64,000 bases of DNA from Seison nebaliae (lineage: Eukaryota), in the NCBI GenBank assembly GCA_023231475.1, contig JALJEE010002086.1, forward strand, positions 1 through 64,000, written 5' to 3'. Both the position numbers and the translations under genes were made by a program. The notes under the pieces are model-generated. The model was given only the letters and a program-made list of their open reading frames with translations, was not told the DNA's origin and did no database searches. Numbering within the stretch: position 1 is the first letter of the stretch; each line of letters starts with the position of its first letter. Positions 1 to 12,452 of this stretch are shown here, one piece after another.

Positions 1-497
1 TGAAGAAACCTTTCAACGATCCAAATGATTTGAATTCGTATCGTCCTATCTGCATTAGTTCCTTCATGTTTCGAATCATCGAACGCATGGTACTCAACAG
101 ATATAATACGAGTTTCTTTTCCTCTCCACATCAATTCGCATATAGAGCGGTCGATCGCGGAATCCATCCGATTCTCATTATCTTTCATTCTCTATTCTTC
201 GAAGCTCGCGCACATCATTCGCAATTACACGCGTTATTTTTAGACGCATCTAAAGCTTTTGATCCCATCGACGTATTATCTGCCATCTCTTCTCTGGCCG
301 CACGAAACACACCATACATGGTGTTACGTTTCCTGCGTCATTTATGTCTTTCCTCTACCGTCTCCGTATCACTGGATCATGTCACACTTGGATAACCTTT
401 CCCCGCCAATAATGGTGTCAGGCAAGGTTCTATTCTAGGTCCTTGGCTGTTTGGACTCACTCTTGACTGGGTCATTCTTCAGTTAAACGAACTTTGA
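1..497 (+). mobile_element. Non-LTR retrotransposon (LINE) reverse transcriptase fragment, pseudogenised; cut by the window start
   Basis: RT motifs in order: SYRPICISSFMFRIIER, QFAYR, FLDASKAFD, then after an in-frame TAA (393-395) NGVRQGSILGPWLF. No YxDD motif is seen downstream. Confidence 0.85.
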
Positions 498-1125
498 TAG
501 AGAACAACCAACCAAGCGCCCTGAGGATTCTCCTCGAGTGCGAGACTTGAATTGTCCCTGTATGGGAGTTTACCTTTTTTCTAAACTTGGTTTCAAAATT
601 TTAGAACCTATCGAAATACATGTATATGTAACGATTGTACAAACTCACAAAATATTTAAAGTTCTAGTTAAGTTACAAAATGTAACTTATACTATCAAAA
701 CAAGACCTATCGATAACGATCAAGAAGTCATCCGGTTAACGACCTGAACATCTGGTATGAAACTAAGCAATGTTTAACGACCCGATTAGATAACGTAGAC
801 CTTAATCGATTATGTAAACTTACACCAACTAGGAAGGTCGGGACCTTCGGAAACGATTATAAATATGGGAGTCAAAATAGAACAATTATGCAATTCATTT
901 TGATTCATCAAACCAGTGCAACACTACACATTCATTTACCAAATCCATACGTGATGTCGGGACAGAAGAAGCTACGGACACATTTCTAATTCTCCATTAT
1001 CGAACCCGTATTACATTTACATCTTTTCTCCTCACTTCTTTTCTATAATTTTAATGAGACGATTGCTCATACGTAAATAAACTTCACATCTGACTCGAAC
1101 GCTTCATATAATAAATAAATTTTAA

Positions 1126-1194
1126 GAATCTAGGACTTTTTTGCACCCCCTTTTTTGAAAGATTGCGAGGTTGGACCTTTTTGCATCCGCATTT
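1126..1194 (+). repeat. Left terminal inverted repeat of the MULE
   Basis: GGACTTTTTTGCACC..TTTTTTGAAAGATTGCG..GGAC..TTTT matches the reverse complement of 2830-2897. Confidence 0.85.
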
Positions 1195-2829
1195 AAAAAA
1201 ATTTTAATTAAACATAAAAAAATATAATTAAAGTTAAACAATAAAAATAATTAACAGAATTTACTGCTACTTTTCAATAATTTAAATGAAAAGATAAGTT
1301 TTTATAATTTTGAACATTTGGCTACTTTGAACATTGGTAATTTTACTACAGTTTTGCCATCATTATGTCGGTTCTATCGTTTGTGCCAAGTAGCAGAGGA
1401 AATGACATATTAGTGGTTGACGACAGTTATTCGTTTTATAGAAAGAAAATCTACAAGTCTGGTAGTACAGCATGGTGTTGTATTCAAAGAATTAGTGAAA
1501 ATTGTACGGCATCAATATGCTTGGATAGCAAAAAAAATGAAAACAACGAATAACGATCATTCGCATGGACCCGATCAAATAGCAACCGAAAAGTTCAAAG
1601 CAAAACATCTGATAGTCGAAGCTTATCAGGCATCTCCGAACCTCCTTCGTCAATTATAGCCCGAACATTAGCGAAGGAAACTGAAGAAATTCAGAATAAG
1701 TTTGGAAGAATTTCTTCGGTAAAAAGAAATATTAGACGACATCAATGTAACATTTCTGCTACCTTTGAAGATGGAATAAAGTTCGAAGAAGAAAACCATA
1801 TACTTTATTTTAATAAGAAAATTTTCGAAAACTTACCGTCCGAACTACATTTATTTGCAGATTGTCCGATAGGGACCTTTGATCGTTCTCCACCTTGTTT
1901 TTTTCAAGTACAATATTCATACAATATAAGTACAATTTCCTGTATATGCCTTTTCCTTTCTCATCAACTCAAAGTATATAATTCTCCCTTTCATTCTCAT
2001 GAAAAGGAAAAACGAAGAATATTACGTGAAAGCTTTTAGTGACTTGAGAAACTTGATCAAAAATGAACCCGAAAGTGTCACCATGGACTATGAACTGGCG
2101 GCTATTAACGTATAGAAAAAAGTATTCGCACACTGCCAGGTCCATGGATGTTTTTTTCACTTAGGGCAGTCGATCATGAGGAATATTAATACGAGTGGAA
2201 GAAAAACATTTTACATGGAAAGCAAAAGTTTCAGAAATGAAATAAAATTGCTACAATCCTTGTCATTTTTTCCTGGCGACGAAATACCCGAAGCGTTTGG
2301 AAAAATAGCGCAAATATGTTCGGCGGAGGGGAAATCATGTTGTGAATATTTCGAAAGAAATTACGTTGGTAAATTACGGATTCAGAAGTATTTCGGGTTA
2401 TACATCTCCAAAATTTCCCCCTCAATTATGGTCAAACTACAATCGGGTAATATGTAATCTTCCTAGAACAAATAACGGCAGTGAAGGCAGTAATCATGCG
2501 CTGAAATTTATCATACGGCGGTGCCACATGGGATTAGAAAAAACAGAGCATTTAATCATCAACTAATTCAGTTTGGACCAAATGAACATGCCAGCGAAAG
2601 AAGATAAGAGATAGAAAACAATTTGAGGAAAATTGTATGTGAATATGATTCAGACAGTCAATTAGGATACCTTTTAAAGATCGTAGATATTCTCTAGTAA
2701 ATTTTACATTTTAACGGATTTCAACATTATCTTTTTCTTTGGAAATAAATATACTATTTATAATGCTTTTCTTTTTCTCAATAGTAAAATTACTTATTCA
2801 TTGACCAAATTTGGTAAAAAAAATCAAAA

Positions 2830-2897
2830 AAATGGGGGTGAAAAAAAGTCCTACCCCGCAATCTTTCAAAAAAGAGGTGCAAAAAAGTCCGATTACC
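2830..2897 (-). repeat. Right terminal inverted repeat of the MULE
   Basis: Reverse complement reads GGTAATCGGACTTTTTTGCACCTCTTTTTTGAAAGATTGCGGGGTAGGAC and is followed directly by the TSD copy. Confidence 0.85.
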
Positions 2898-3525
2898 AAA
2901 TTTTAAATAAGCGTGTCATATCTTTAGAAACTGCAAGATTAAATAGCAGAAAACTATGTAAAATTTAGTTTACAATGATAAAATTTAACAAATTGTTAAA
3001 TCTAAATATTTCGACCCACGCTGCAATTCAACATATTTGGTTTTGTTTTATTTTCTTCTCTTTTTCGTTAATTGTTTGTTTTTTTTTATGTTACTGGATT
3101 TTCCGCAACTCCGCCCGACATTGGTCTTTTACTTTCTTTTTATTTTCCTTTTCCTATCTTCGTAAATAAATAAATAAAATAAGGATGAATTCCTCTCCGA
3201 AAACAAATAAGAGGGTGATTGATTGAATGAGAGGGTGTGAAGTAATTCTATTTCAGGTCAATTTTCTTTACTCTGTCTCGCTGCACTCATGCAGGATACT
3301 CTATTTCAAACCAATTTTCTCTAATCTCTCCTATTCTCGATGGATTCAAGCATAACTCAATTTAGTTACAGAGTTGGTGTTACTTATTGTGGTTAATAAT
3401 GGCAAAAATTATCGTTCTGGTGTTGGGTAATATCGACATCTGTTCTAATCGAGGAATATCGTAAAAAATGAATTAAAAATTTATTTACAAATTAGAATTT
3501 GGAGTAAGATGGATTATTTAAGGGA

Positions 3526-4600
3526 TTATTTGGTGACGTAGAAGGAACGTTGAATTGAAGTTGATTTGGATTTGTCAGACTTCCCACGAAATTTGGGAGA
3601 TGTAAATTGAGAACATTCAGCATTGTAAACTTTCTGGATGGATAATCGTCTCTTTACTTTATCTCGATATCGTTGAAAATTGCGATTAATCATTGTTGGC
3701 AATAGTTTCCTCCTGAAAAACATGGGGAAGTGCCATTCATATCTGGATTGAACGTCATCGTCTTTCTGAATAGTTCGTTGTCGAATATAATGTGCTGCTG
3801 ATAAATTTACTGCGTCCTTTCTAAACGGTCCTTCTTCCGACCACGATTCGGAACGACGTAACGAACTTGAATTGGTTCTCGATTGTTTTCTTCCATTTCC
3901 ATTTGTCAAATTCGTTGATGACATTATTCGTTTGTGATAAATTTCACTTTGGATTTGTTCCCAACTCTCAGAATGAATTTTATAATCGGAATAGTTTTTG
4001 GCTGAATCATTTAGAATTGGCATGTTTTTCGTTCCCACTTGGTAGGAGAGCATTAATCTCAATAACGTACTTAATGCGACGTCCTTTTTTTCCTCATAAT
4101 GTTGTTGATTCATTTCTTGAATATGTTTCTCCTCATCGATCGCGTATACGAGCATCCGATTATTAAATGCAGGAACATTAGCTGATATTAAGTTGTGGTT
4201 CTTTCTATTATTTCCTATTTTCTCATGAGGAATTGGAGGAAATGATCTGTTTTTGAGCAATTCCTGTTCTATCCATTTGACATTAGCTTCGCGACGTCGT
4301 CGAGATCTTCGTCCAGCGATTTTTGAACTGATATATTTGATAACTATAAATAGAAGATGAGATTGTGGATTGAGATGAATTGTATAGAAAATAACCGAAA
4401 ATGAGTGAGAGAATTATGAGAATGGGAACAGTTCCTGCCAGAAGAGATGTAAACGGAATTTTCGTCTTTCCATTTGAATAAGTAGTGACGTTGTTATGAG
4501 AGACGTTCAAATTAACATTATGGACTCGTGTTGAATTTGTGGCATGATTGTGAGGTTGAATGAGATGAGAGAATGTGGTAGAGTGATCAATTGTTCGCAT
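3526..4600 (-). CDS. Orphan single-pass membrane protein (~340 aa), 2 exons
   Basis: Intron 4344-4395 (52 nt, GTTATT..TAG) joins ORF 4283-4600 to ORF 3526-4260 in frame. Short N-terminus with sequons (NST, NVS, NVT), hydrophobic LLAGTVPILIILSLIFVI, then basic RRSRRRR. Confidence 0.65.
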
Positions 4601-6617
4601 ATGTCATAATTGTGGGAATGGTGTTAGGAAAAAGAGAAATAGAATTAATCGATCGGTGCATGAAGTGAAAGGAGAAGCTATTTAAATTTCGATAAATGAA
4701 ATTCTTTATAGGTTCGTTAGTCGATTAGGTATGAGTTCTTTATGTGAAAATATCGGAACAGACGCACACGATGCTTGTCATGATTTATATTTTCATGCGA
4801 GCAGCAATTATGTGCGGAATATATATATATATATATGATGTATTAGGATCAGTTTGTTCACTTCTCTTCTCCTATGTGTTCACTCCGTTTGATGCTCTCG
4901 ATTTCGCCCGACAGCGTAACTATACGGAAAATAGAGTTTAGTATCAAATAGCTGTTGACGACCGACGATCGATTTTATAAATAGTATTTGCTTATGAATA
5001 TTAACAAATGAGAGATATGGTCACAAATGAATGAGACAGGAAAGGCGAGTGATGATCATGATAGAGATTTCCATCAATGACAGCATCTCTTATAAATATA
5101 TTTCAATTTAATAAGTCGACTTGGTTGAATGACGACATTCCACTTATAGTTTTCCTATTGCATCTCCCTCACTTCTAATTGCTGTACCGTACATAATATG
5201 TACGACAGGAATTATGTGGATCATGATGACGATGATGATGATGACGATATAACACAGTTTGTCTTTTCGCGATTGCGAGATAGAAGATGTGAACGATGAT
5301 TAGTGATGAAACCTGTCAAATAGAACATTGTGATTCTTCTCTACCATCCGTTGCCTTGACAACATTAACTAAAATTACCCTTTTGATATCTATAATCATA
5401 TCCGCATTAAACACTAACAATTACACTTATTTCCCAGTGCGAATATTCTAACGATTCAGGAAATGTGGGTGGATGATGATAATGATGATGCTCATGTATT
5501 CTGTTCTCATCTAACTATCATATCATTTAACTTCCGTTCGACTCAATTATCCACCACAATTATTAACGAGAATCAGATATGTGACTTCCAATCAACTTCT
5601 TCCCGAAGCAACTCATTAAAATATAAAATTATTTCATGAATTTAGTGCAAACAGTTAGTGAGAACATGCAACCATCGTTTCTATGCAACTTTCTTCTGAG
5701 AGCAAGTACCATATAAATGTTTCAAATTGATCATTGAAAATGTTATGGATCATTTATAGAATGAACTCGTGCAATGGATAGAACGTTCGGAGAAATATTA
5801 GTGAATAATGTTAATGGAACTAATCCCAAAAGGAATTATATGTGAGAGAATTATTGAGAATATAATTTAATCAATTATTCTACTACTACTTTATAATTAT
5901 TCTAGACGATTACTGTTAAATGTATAATTCAAATGAGATCTATGATAGTGGACAATTCCAGCTCGTTTTATTCCATTGACATTCGTCTTATGTTTGAGGA
6001 GAGTGTTTCCCTGTTATTTTATTGTTTGGTGGGGAATGAATGAAGAGGAAAGAAAAGAAGAAGAGTTCCCGATAAGTTGAAGGACATTCGCATTTCATAC
6101 ATGGTTGCTTCTTCTCGTTCCTTATCGATTGATGTTGACGGGCGATTGTTTGTTCCGATTAGTTTCTTGTAAAGCAATGATTTGTTGTCGTTGTTGTCGT
6201 CGTCGTCAGACGAAGATATTGGTAGAGATTTCCTTCTCATTTTTGAAGAGCAAGCACTCCACTCCAACTTATCAGAAAATTTGATTTGGCTAACGTCGCT
6301 AAGCTATTTGCGAATGGAAGTGGTAGCTACTCTCATCCAGAGAGAATTCGACTCTCAATAGAATGTCGGAGGAAAGGAGTGCTCTCCTTCCGATATGTCT
6401 CGGTTCCTGTGGGGATTGTAGGAATGATTTGCAAATCCAATTTCTTAACATATTATAAATAAGAAGGAGAAAAGTTGGTTAAAGAAATAGTGAGAGAAGA
6501 ATATTTGGAGGATCTCTATGAAAACTAAAATTTGATTTGAATAAACAAAAGTTCATTTCTCTCGAAGAAAATGAACACGAATAAATAAATTCTTTCTCAA
6601 ACAGTTCGATTAGATCG

Positions 6618-7647
6618 ATGGCCAACTATAATCGATGCAATACAGCCGATGGATATATCGACCGCACCATTATTTATGATGCTCCTTCCTTCAAGCCTCT
6701 GAAAGTGAAGACAGCTGAAGTGACTGGACGAGTGCCCTCCTACTATTTGACGAATCGTCGTCGACTCTCCGATAAAGATAATAGTTCTCAAATTTACGAA
6801 ATTTTCAACGAACGTCCTGCCGCTACTTCAAGGAATCATCCAAATGATTCACATCATCATCATCATCATCATCTCCAGCGTTCAATCGGCACCTTCACTA
6901 AAAAGAATTTCCAACTTCTTCCCCATTTACAGTGTTCGTTGACAGACAAATTAGAACGAAATTATGATGTGATGCAACCGGATAAGAAGAAGTTTAAGAT
7001 TCCTTTGAAACCGAAAGACAATTTATATGAATCGAGTCATTTCAAGAATCGAGTTCCCAATAGTCGTCCAATTGATCCGTTGAGTATGTCCACCTCCTTT
7101 CAAACTGATCTACCATCCGCTCACAATCATAAACGTGCACTTTCAATGCAGCGTGATCAGATGAAAGATCAAATTGACCGATGGAAAATCTTCTATTATG
7201 GAAATCGGAATTCTCAAGAGAATTATAAGTTTGAATTGATTCATAATAATTTCAATCATAATCTTCTTTATAAACAGACGAAAGATACGTGAAACATTAA
7301 AGGATCAGATGGACAACCGTCAGAATGAGAAGAAAGAGAAATTTGAGAGAGATTTATCTGCAATTCAGAATTGTATTATAGAAACGAAAACTGATTTGCA
7401 TTTGGAACGGACGAAAGAGATTGAGAAGAAGAATGCTCAACGGATATTTGCCATAGAAAACAAATCGGTTTACTCTTTCCATCTACGTCTCCATATTGAT
7501 TTATTCTTTGTCTCACACACACACACACACACACAGCTGATGGAGCGAAAGGAACAAATGTCTAAATTACAAAAGGCGTTAAAAAATCAAGAGGAATTGA
7601 GTTTGCTCCAGAAAGAATCGTTGAACTGGAGTCGAACACTCAAATGA
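6618..7647 (+). CDS. Uncharacterised protein (~303 aa) with His tract and C-terminal coiled coil, 3 exons
   Basis: Introns 7229-7277 (GTTTGA..CAG) and 7468-7536 (GTTTAC..CAG) give a continuous frame ending SLNWSRTLK*. Confidence 0.65.
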
Positions 7648-7871
7648 ATTCCAAAAAAGAATTTCCCAAAATATCAATTTGATTATTTCATTTATTTCTC
7701 TGCGTCGTCACGACTCAATGGAAGATTGAAGAGACTTTTTTTTTATTGAAAAATAATGAGATGAACATGGATTCCATTTCTCTTTTTTGAACGGATTGAA
7801 AGGAATGTTCATTTCGATAGATAAACTCCAAAGATGAAAAAAATAATTTAAAAAAAATGTTTCCCATTTCA

Positions 7872-8594
7872 CTAATTTCCTCGAAGCGCTGCTAATCGAC
7901 TGGTTAGATCATTGTCCTCCCTCGTCGTTTGTCCACTGACACCCGTTGAATTAATTTCACTGGTTGCAGCTGGTGTCAGATTGGCCATCTGGTTAGCGAT
8001 CTCTATTCCGTTCTCATCCGCCACCTTCACATCGGTCATTGATGAGATAAAAAAAATAAGCAAAATAACTTCTTTTACTAGAGCATCGACTTCATTCATT
8101 GGCGTTGTCATGGTGATGGCACCACCAAGTGTCTGATCCATGACAGTTGAACGGACGTCCAAATCTTCGAATTGTTTCTCAAACTTCTCCATTATCTTCG
8201 TTACTTCTTCGAGATTGGTGGAGTTCATAGCTTTCTCTAATGCCTTGCTCACATGAGCGATGTCTTTCGTTATCGATTTCATAGCCATTCCTGCTTTCAC
8301 CTGTAAATATGTCGATATTAATGGAATGAATGTTAATTGGAATGAGATGAAAGAAATGAAAACTTTCGATCCGACCGCATCCACTCTCGCTGATAATCGA
8401 AGATAATTCAAATATTCATGTTTTTTTCTAATGGCATTTTCAGCGTAGATCTTCGCTCCCTCGATATTGCCTTGGCCAAGAGCTTTCTTCACTTTCCTCT
8501 CCTCAGAATGTTTCTCTTTCTCTGCTTTGTGCGCCATTCGATCCAGTCGTTTCGCTGTGAATTTCAATTCAAACAAAGTATCTTCGATTGCCAT
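7872..8594 (-). CDS. CHMP1: Charged multivesicular body protein 1 (ESCRT-III, Did2/CHMP1 family), ~204 aa
   Basis: LFELKFTAK, GAKIYAENAIRKK, MEKFEKQFEDLDV and C-terminal MIM1-like LTSRLAALR. In-frame introns at 8301-8363 and 8025-8069 interrupt conserved sequence. Confidence 0.95.
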   Translation of the reverse strand: MAIEDTLFELKFTAKRLDRMAHKAEKEKHSEERKVKKALGQGNIEGAKIYAENAIRKKHEYLNYLRLSARVDAVGSKVFISFISFQLTFIPLISTYLQVKAGMAMKSITKDIAHVSKALEKAMNSTNLEEVTKIMEKFEKQFEDLDVRSTVMDQTLGGAITMTTPMNEVDALVKEVILLIFFISSMTDVKVADENGIEIANQMANLTPAATSEINSTGVSGQTTREDNDLTSRLAALRGN

Positions 8595-10447
8595 TTTCTT
8601 CTTCTTTTAATTGAGTCAGTGATAAATGAGAATTATGATCTATTGAATGTTGGAATAGTGGAGGGGAAGAACTTTTTGTTTGATTTATTCCTAATATAAT
8701 AATTATTCATTCAACACTCATTCAACCTCTCCAATTTATCATGAAAACATCTTTCATTCTCATCATCACTTATAAATTTGTGGCTCTTCATCATTTACAC
8801 GACTCGTCGCCAATTCTACTTTCCTATAATAGAATAAGAAAACTTCCCGTATCTCTATGGAGAAGCACGGGAAGAATCATTTATCTGCTACAATTTCCCC
8901 ATTTCCTCTTTCTCCACGTCTTTCTCCTTTCTCCAATTCACAACAAAAACATATTTAAAATCGACTTGTCTCATCTCAAATCGCAGTTAGACGAAGAATC
9001 ATCAATCGTGGATAAATTAATTGAATGGAAATTACTGAAGAAGAAAAAGAAAAATTGATTTTGAAGAATTTCAATAATTTTTCTTAAGAAGAAAATTTTC
9101 AAAAGACAAGTCAAGTTTTGTTCGATTCACAATTTGTGATGTGGCTATTTTAAGGATTACCATTCCTTATTAGGAGGAAAGTGTTGCTTCGGTTGTCTTT
9201 AACGATTTCATCGAATAAAAAAATGATTTGGCCTTTCCACTTTTCCATCTGGCTTTCTTTCAATGAAATCTTTCCTTATCAGTTTCTTCCTTTTTTCCTT
9301 CTTATTGGAAAAACTTTTTGTGTTTTTGTCTCCTTCCAAACTATTTCCTTCTTCTTTTTTACAAGTTTTTTTTATAAAATTTTTATATATAAAATAATCT
9401 GTTTGAGAAAATCACGAGAAATTTGTGTGTATGTCTCGACTTAATTTCATTCCAATTAATATTGGAGTGCTGCCTTCTCAAAAATGTCACGGTAATTAGT
9501 GTTATGGAGAAGTGATGTTCAAAGTGATGTTTGCATGGACGAGATCGTTACCTTATAAATTTCTTTTTAGTTTACTCTTCGGACCTCTCGTTATTTCTCT
9601 TCTCCCACATTCTTATTTACCTAATCAAGAACGTTGTTGTTTCTCTTCTTTTTTTTGTCGCTATTGTTTCGTCGTGGAAAAAATGACTTCTTTCGAAGAA
9701 ATGTTGTGATTTGGCGTTTAAAAAGAGGAGAAGTGGCGGAGTGGTTGAACCAACTGGATTTTGTATTTTATAATTTTTTTTTGAATGAAGCTCAAAATGA
9801 CTCAGAAATGTGAGAGAAATATTGAGTTTTGTTTGTTCTTTTGATTTGTTGTGTTTTCCGCTTGTGTTTCATTCGTGGTCTCAATTAGGACCGGACGACT
9901 AAAAAAGAAGGGTAAATCGGATGAAATGGATTCGTTTTTTTAGTAATCATTTTTCTTTCGAACTCAATTCGCCACACAACAAAAACAAAGCTTTGACTTA
10001 CGGAGTTGCACGTTCTCAATTTCTAGCTGTCTCTTGTAAGAGTTTCTGCAATTTCTTATGATTATTGTGTGTGTGTGTGTATGTGAGATGGAAGAGAATT
10101 GAATTATGTGAGAGATCTCTCTCAATCGTTTTATAAGACATACACAATTCTATCGAGAATGGAGAGTAGAGAGATTGGTAATTAGGAAGGAAAGTTTTGT
10201 AAAGTCATCGATTGGAGATGAGTTAAAATGAATTGATTTGAGCGATTGATTTTTATGTGGATATTTGAAGGGGAAGAAGTTTATTTATTCATCATCAACA
10301 TGTTCCACATTTGAACTGATCATCCTTTCTGCTACATGTCAAAGCATAAACTGATCGTTGTCGTTTAAGGAGAAGAAAATGAGAGTAAAACATATATGGA
10401 AATTTCTTTTTGAAAATATTTTCTTCTTTCCATTCCATCTTTAGATT

Positions 10448-12452
10448 ATGACGGGAGAGCTCAATGTCGATATGGAGCAGAATGAGAGTCATGACGTTCT
10501 ATTGAAGAATTGTAAGAGGAAATCCACCGACTCAATTAATTCAGAGAAGAAACGAGAGACATGGTCTAATCGATTCGATTTCTATTGTTCTATGTTGGGC
10601 TATTCGGTGGGTCTGGGAACGATTTGGAGGTTTCCCTACGTCGTCTTGCGGAATGGTGCCGGTGCATTTTTTATTCCGTTCATTATTTTCCTCGTCATCT
10701 GCATCATCCCATTATTCATTTTGGAAATGGGTTTAGCGCAGTATATTTCGGGTGGGCCGTTAAGATCTTATGAATTCTCACGTATCATCAAAGGTCTCAG
10801 TTATACAGCCATCATTATCAGTGCAGCGACATCAATCAATGGTAATGTCATTTTGGCATGGTCACTTCATTATCTTTATTCGTCATGGCGCAGTGTATTA
10901 CCATGGACGAGTTGTGCACATACATATAACACAGATAATTGTGTAGAATTGATGCAAATGGCAAATGGAACATTTAACATCACACCAGAAATGGAGAGAG
11001 AAATCATCTTCCCCAACAAGAGTCGGACAGTCGCCGACGAATATTTCCAGTTTCAATTTCATCCAATTTTATAAATTTTCCAATTTAAACAAGTTTCGGG
11101 TTTCTCAATGCGGCGCATAATATCAATCAATTCTCTTTGCCGGCAATACATTTGGTGGTGGCATCTTTCTGTGCTACACTTCTCATCTACCTCTGTCTTT
11201 TCAAAGGAATACGAGCAAGTGGTAAAGTAGCTTGGGTAACGGCAATCGCTCCTTATTTCGCACTTATTGCTCTACTTATTCGTGTATTATTTCTGGAAGG
11301 ATCGAAGAAAGGAATCATTTTTTATTTGAAACCAAAATGGTCCGAATTATTACGATTATCTGTTAATCTTCTTTTACTTTCTCTTCTTTTTATCATCATT
11401 TTAGATGTGGGCGGAAGCTTGTCTTCAACTCTTCTTTATGATGGGACCGGGATGGGGCGGCATTTTAACTTTGGCCTCATATAATAAATTTGATCACAAT
11501 TTTCTCTTACCAGCAATCATCATTCCAATTTGTGTGGCATTCACGGGATTAGTGTGTGGTCTGATCGTTTTTGCAGGAATTGGTCATTTGGCACATCGTC
11601 TAAACAAACAAGTCGATCAAGTCGTACAAGCGGGACCTGGAATGTGTTTTGTCGTGTTCACTGAAGTTATTTCGTCACTTCCCGTCCCACAATTATGGAA
11701 CACAATCTTCTTCTTACTCATCATCTTCATCGCCATCGATTCTCAAGTTATTTCAATAAATTTTATTTTAATTATGTTTATTTAATATTTAGTTCGGTTT
11801 ATTTGAAACGGTATCGTCAAGTCTCATTGATGAAGTACCATTTTGTCGGAAGAGAAAAGAATTGACAATTTTCGTTTTACTCACTGGATTCTTCCTCATC
11901 TCTTTGCCATATGCGACGAGATCTGGAATCTTTTATTTCACTCTAGTCGATTGGTATCAAGGTTTTCTCGTTCTCCCATGTATCTGTATATTGGAATGTT
12001 TATTTGTCGTTTATGTTTTCGGTTAATTTCTATCATTTTCCTCTTTTCATTCTCTCTTATCATATTTCAAAGGTTTTGACAATTATTCAAAACTCATGGA
12101 ACGAATGTTGGGGAGATCATTATCCAGATTGCTCAAATACACTTGGGGATTCATCACTCCTGCGGCGATGTTCGCTGTCGTCATTTATAACTTTATGGGA
12201 GAAACGAATGTTCGATATGGGAAATATGTTTTCCCCAAAAATTTAATAATTGCAGGTAAAAAATTCTTTATTTTAAAGTTTTTACAATTAAATAATATTT
12301 TAATTTTAGGATGGTCGATCGCAATCTATCCTATCATTCCTGCTGTTGGTCATGCAGTGTGGGTGGCATGGATCGCTTATAAAAAACAAGATTGGTCATG
12401 GATGTTCCAACCGTGTAGTAGATGGAATGAACGAATGAAGGAATGTTCATAA
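10448..12452 (+). CDS. SLC6 (NSS) transporter, amino-acid-type TM1, atypical ion-site residues, ~588 aa, 6 exons
   Basis: RETW..RFDF, GLGTIWRFPY, NGAGAF, LPWTSC, KGIRASGKV, ASYNKF, IDSQFG. Introns 11050-11093, 11362-11404, 11747-11792, 12022-12072 and 12256-12309 restore one frame. Confidence 0.93.

Larger units (their letters stand above)
1126..2897 (+). mobile_element. Decayed Mutator-like (MULE) DNA transposon with FLYWCH + DDE transposase remnants
   Basis: Imperfect ~70-bp terminal inverted repeats and a 9-bp direct repeat AAATTTTAA at 1117-1125 and 2898-2906. Broken ORFs give FLYWCH-like SSRGNDILVVD..W.C..C..HSH and MULE motifs TMDYELAAIN, HGCFFHLGQSIMRNI, YFERNYV, PRTNNGSEG. Multiple frameshifts and stops. 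Confidence 0.9.

Noticed and set aside
6019..6267. 82-aa minus-strand ORF as a gene
   Set aside because: No recognisable motif and no convincing splice partner; cannot be supported.
9727..9765. GGAGAAGTGGCGGAGTGGTTGAAC resembles a tRNA 5' half/A-box
   Set aside because: No anticodon stem, T-arm (GTTCRA) or acceptor partner follows.
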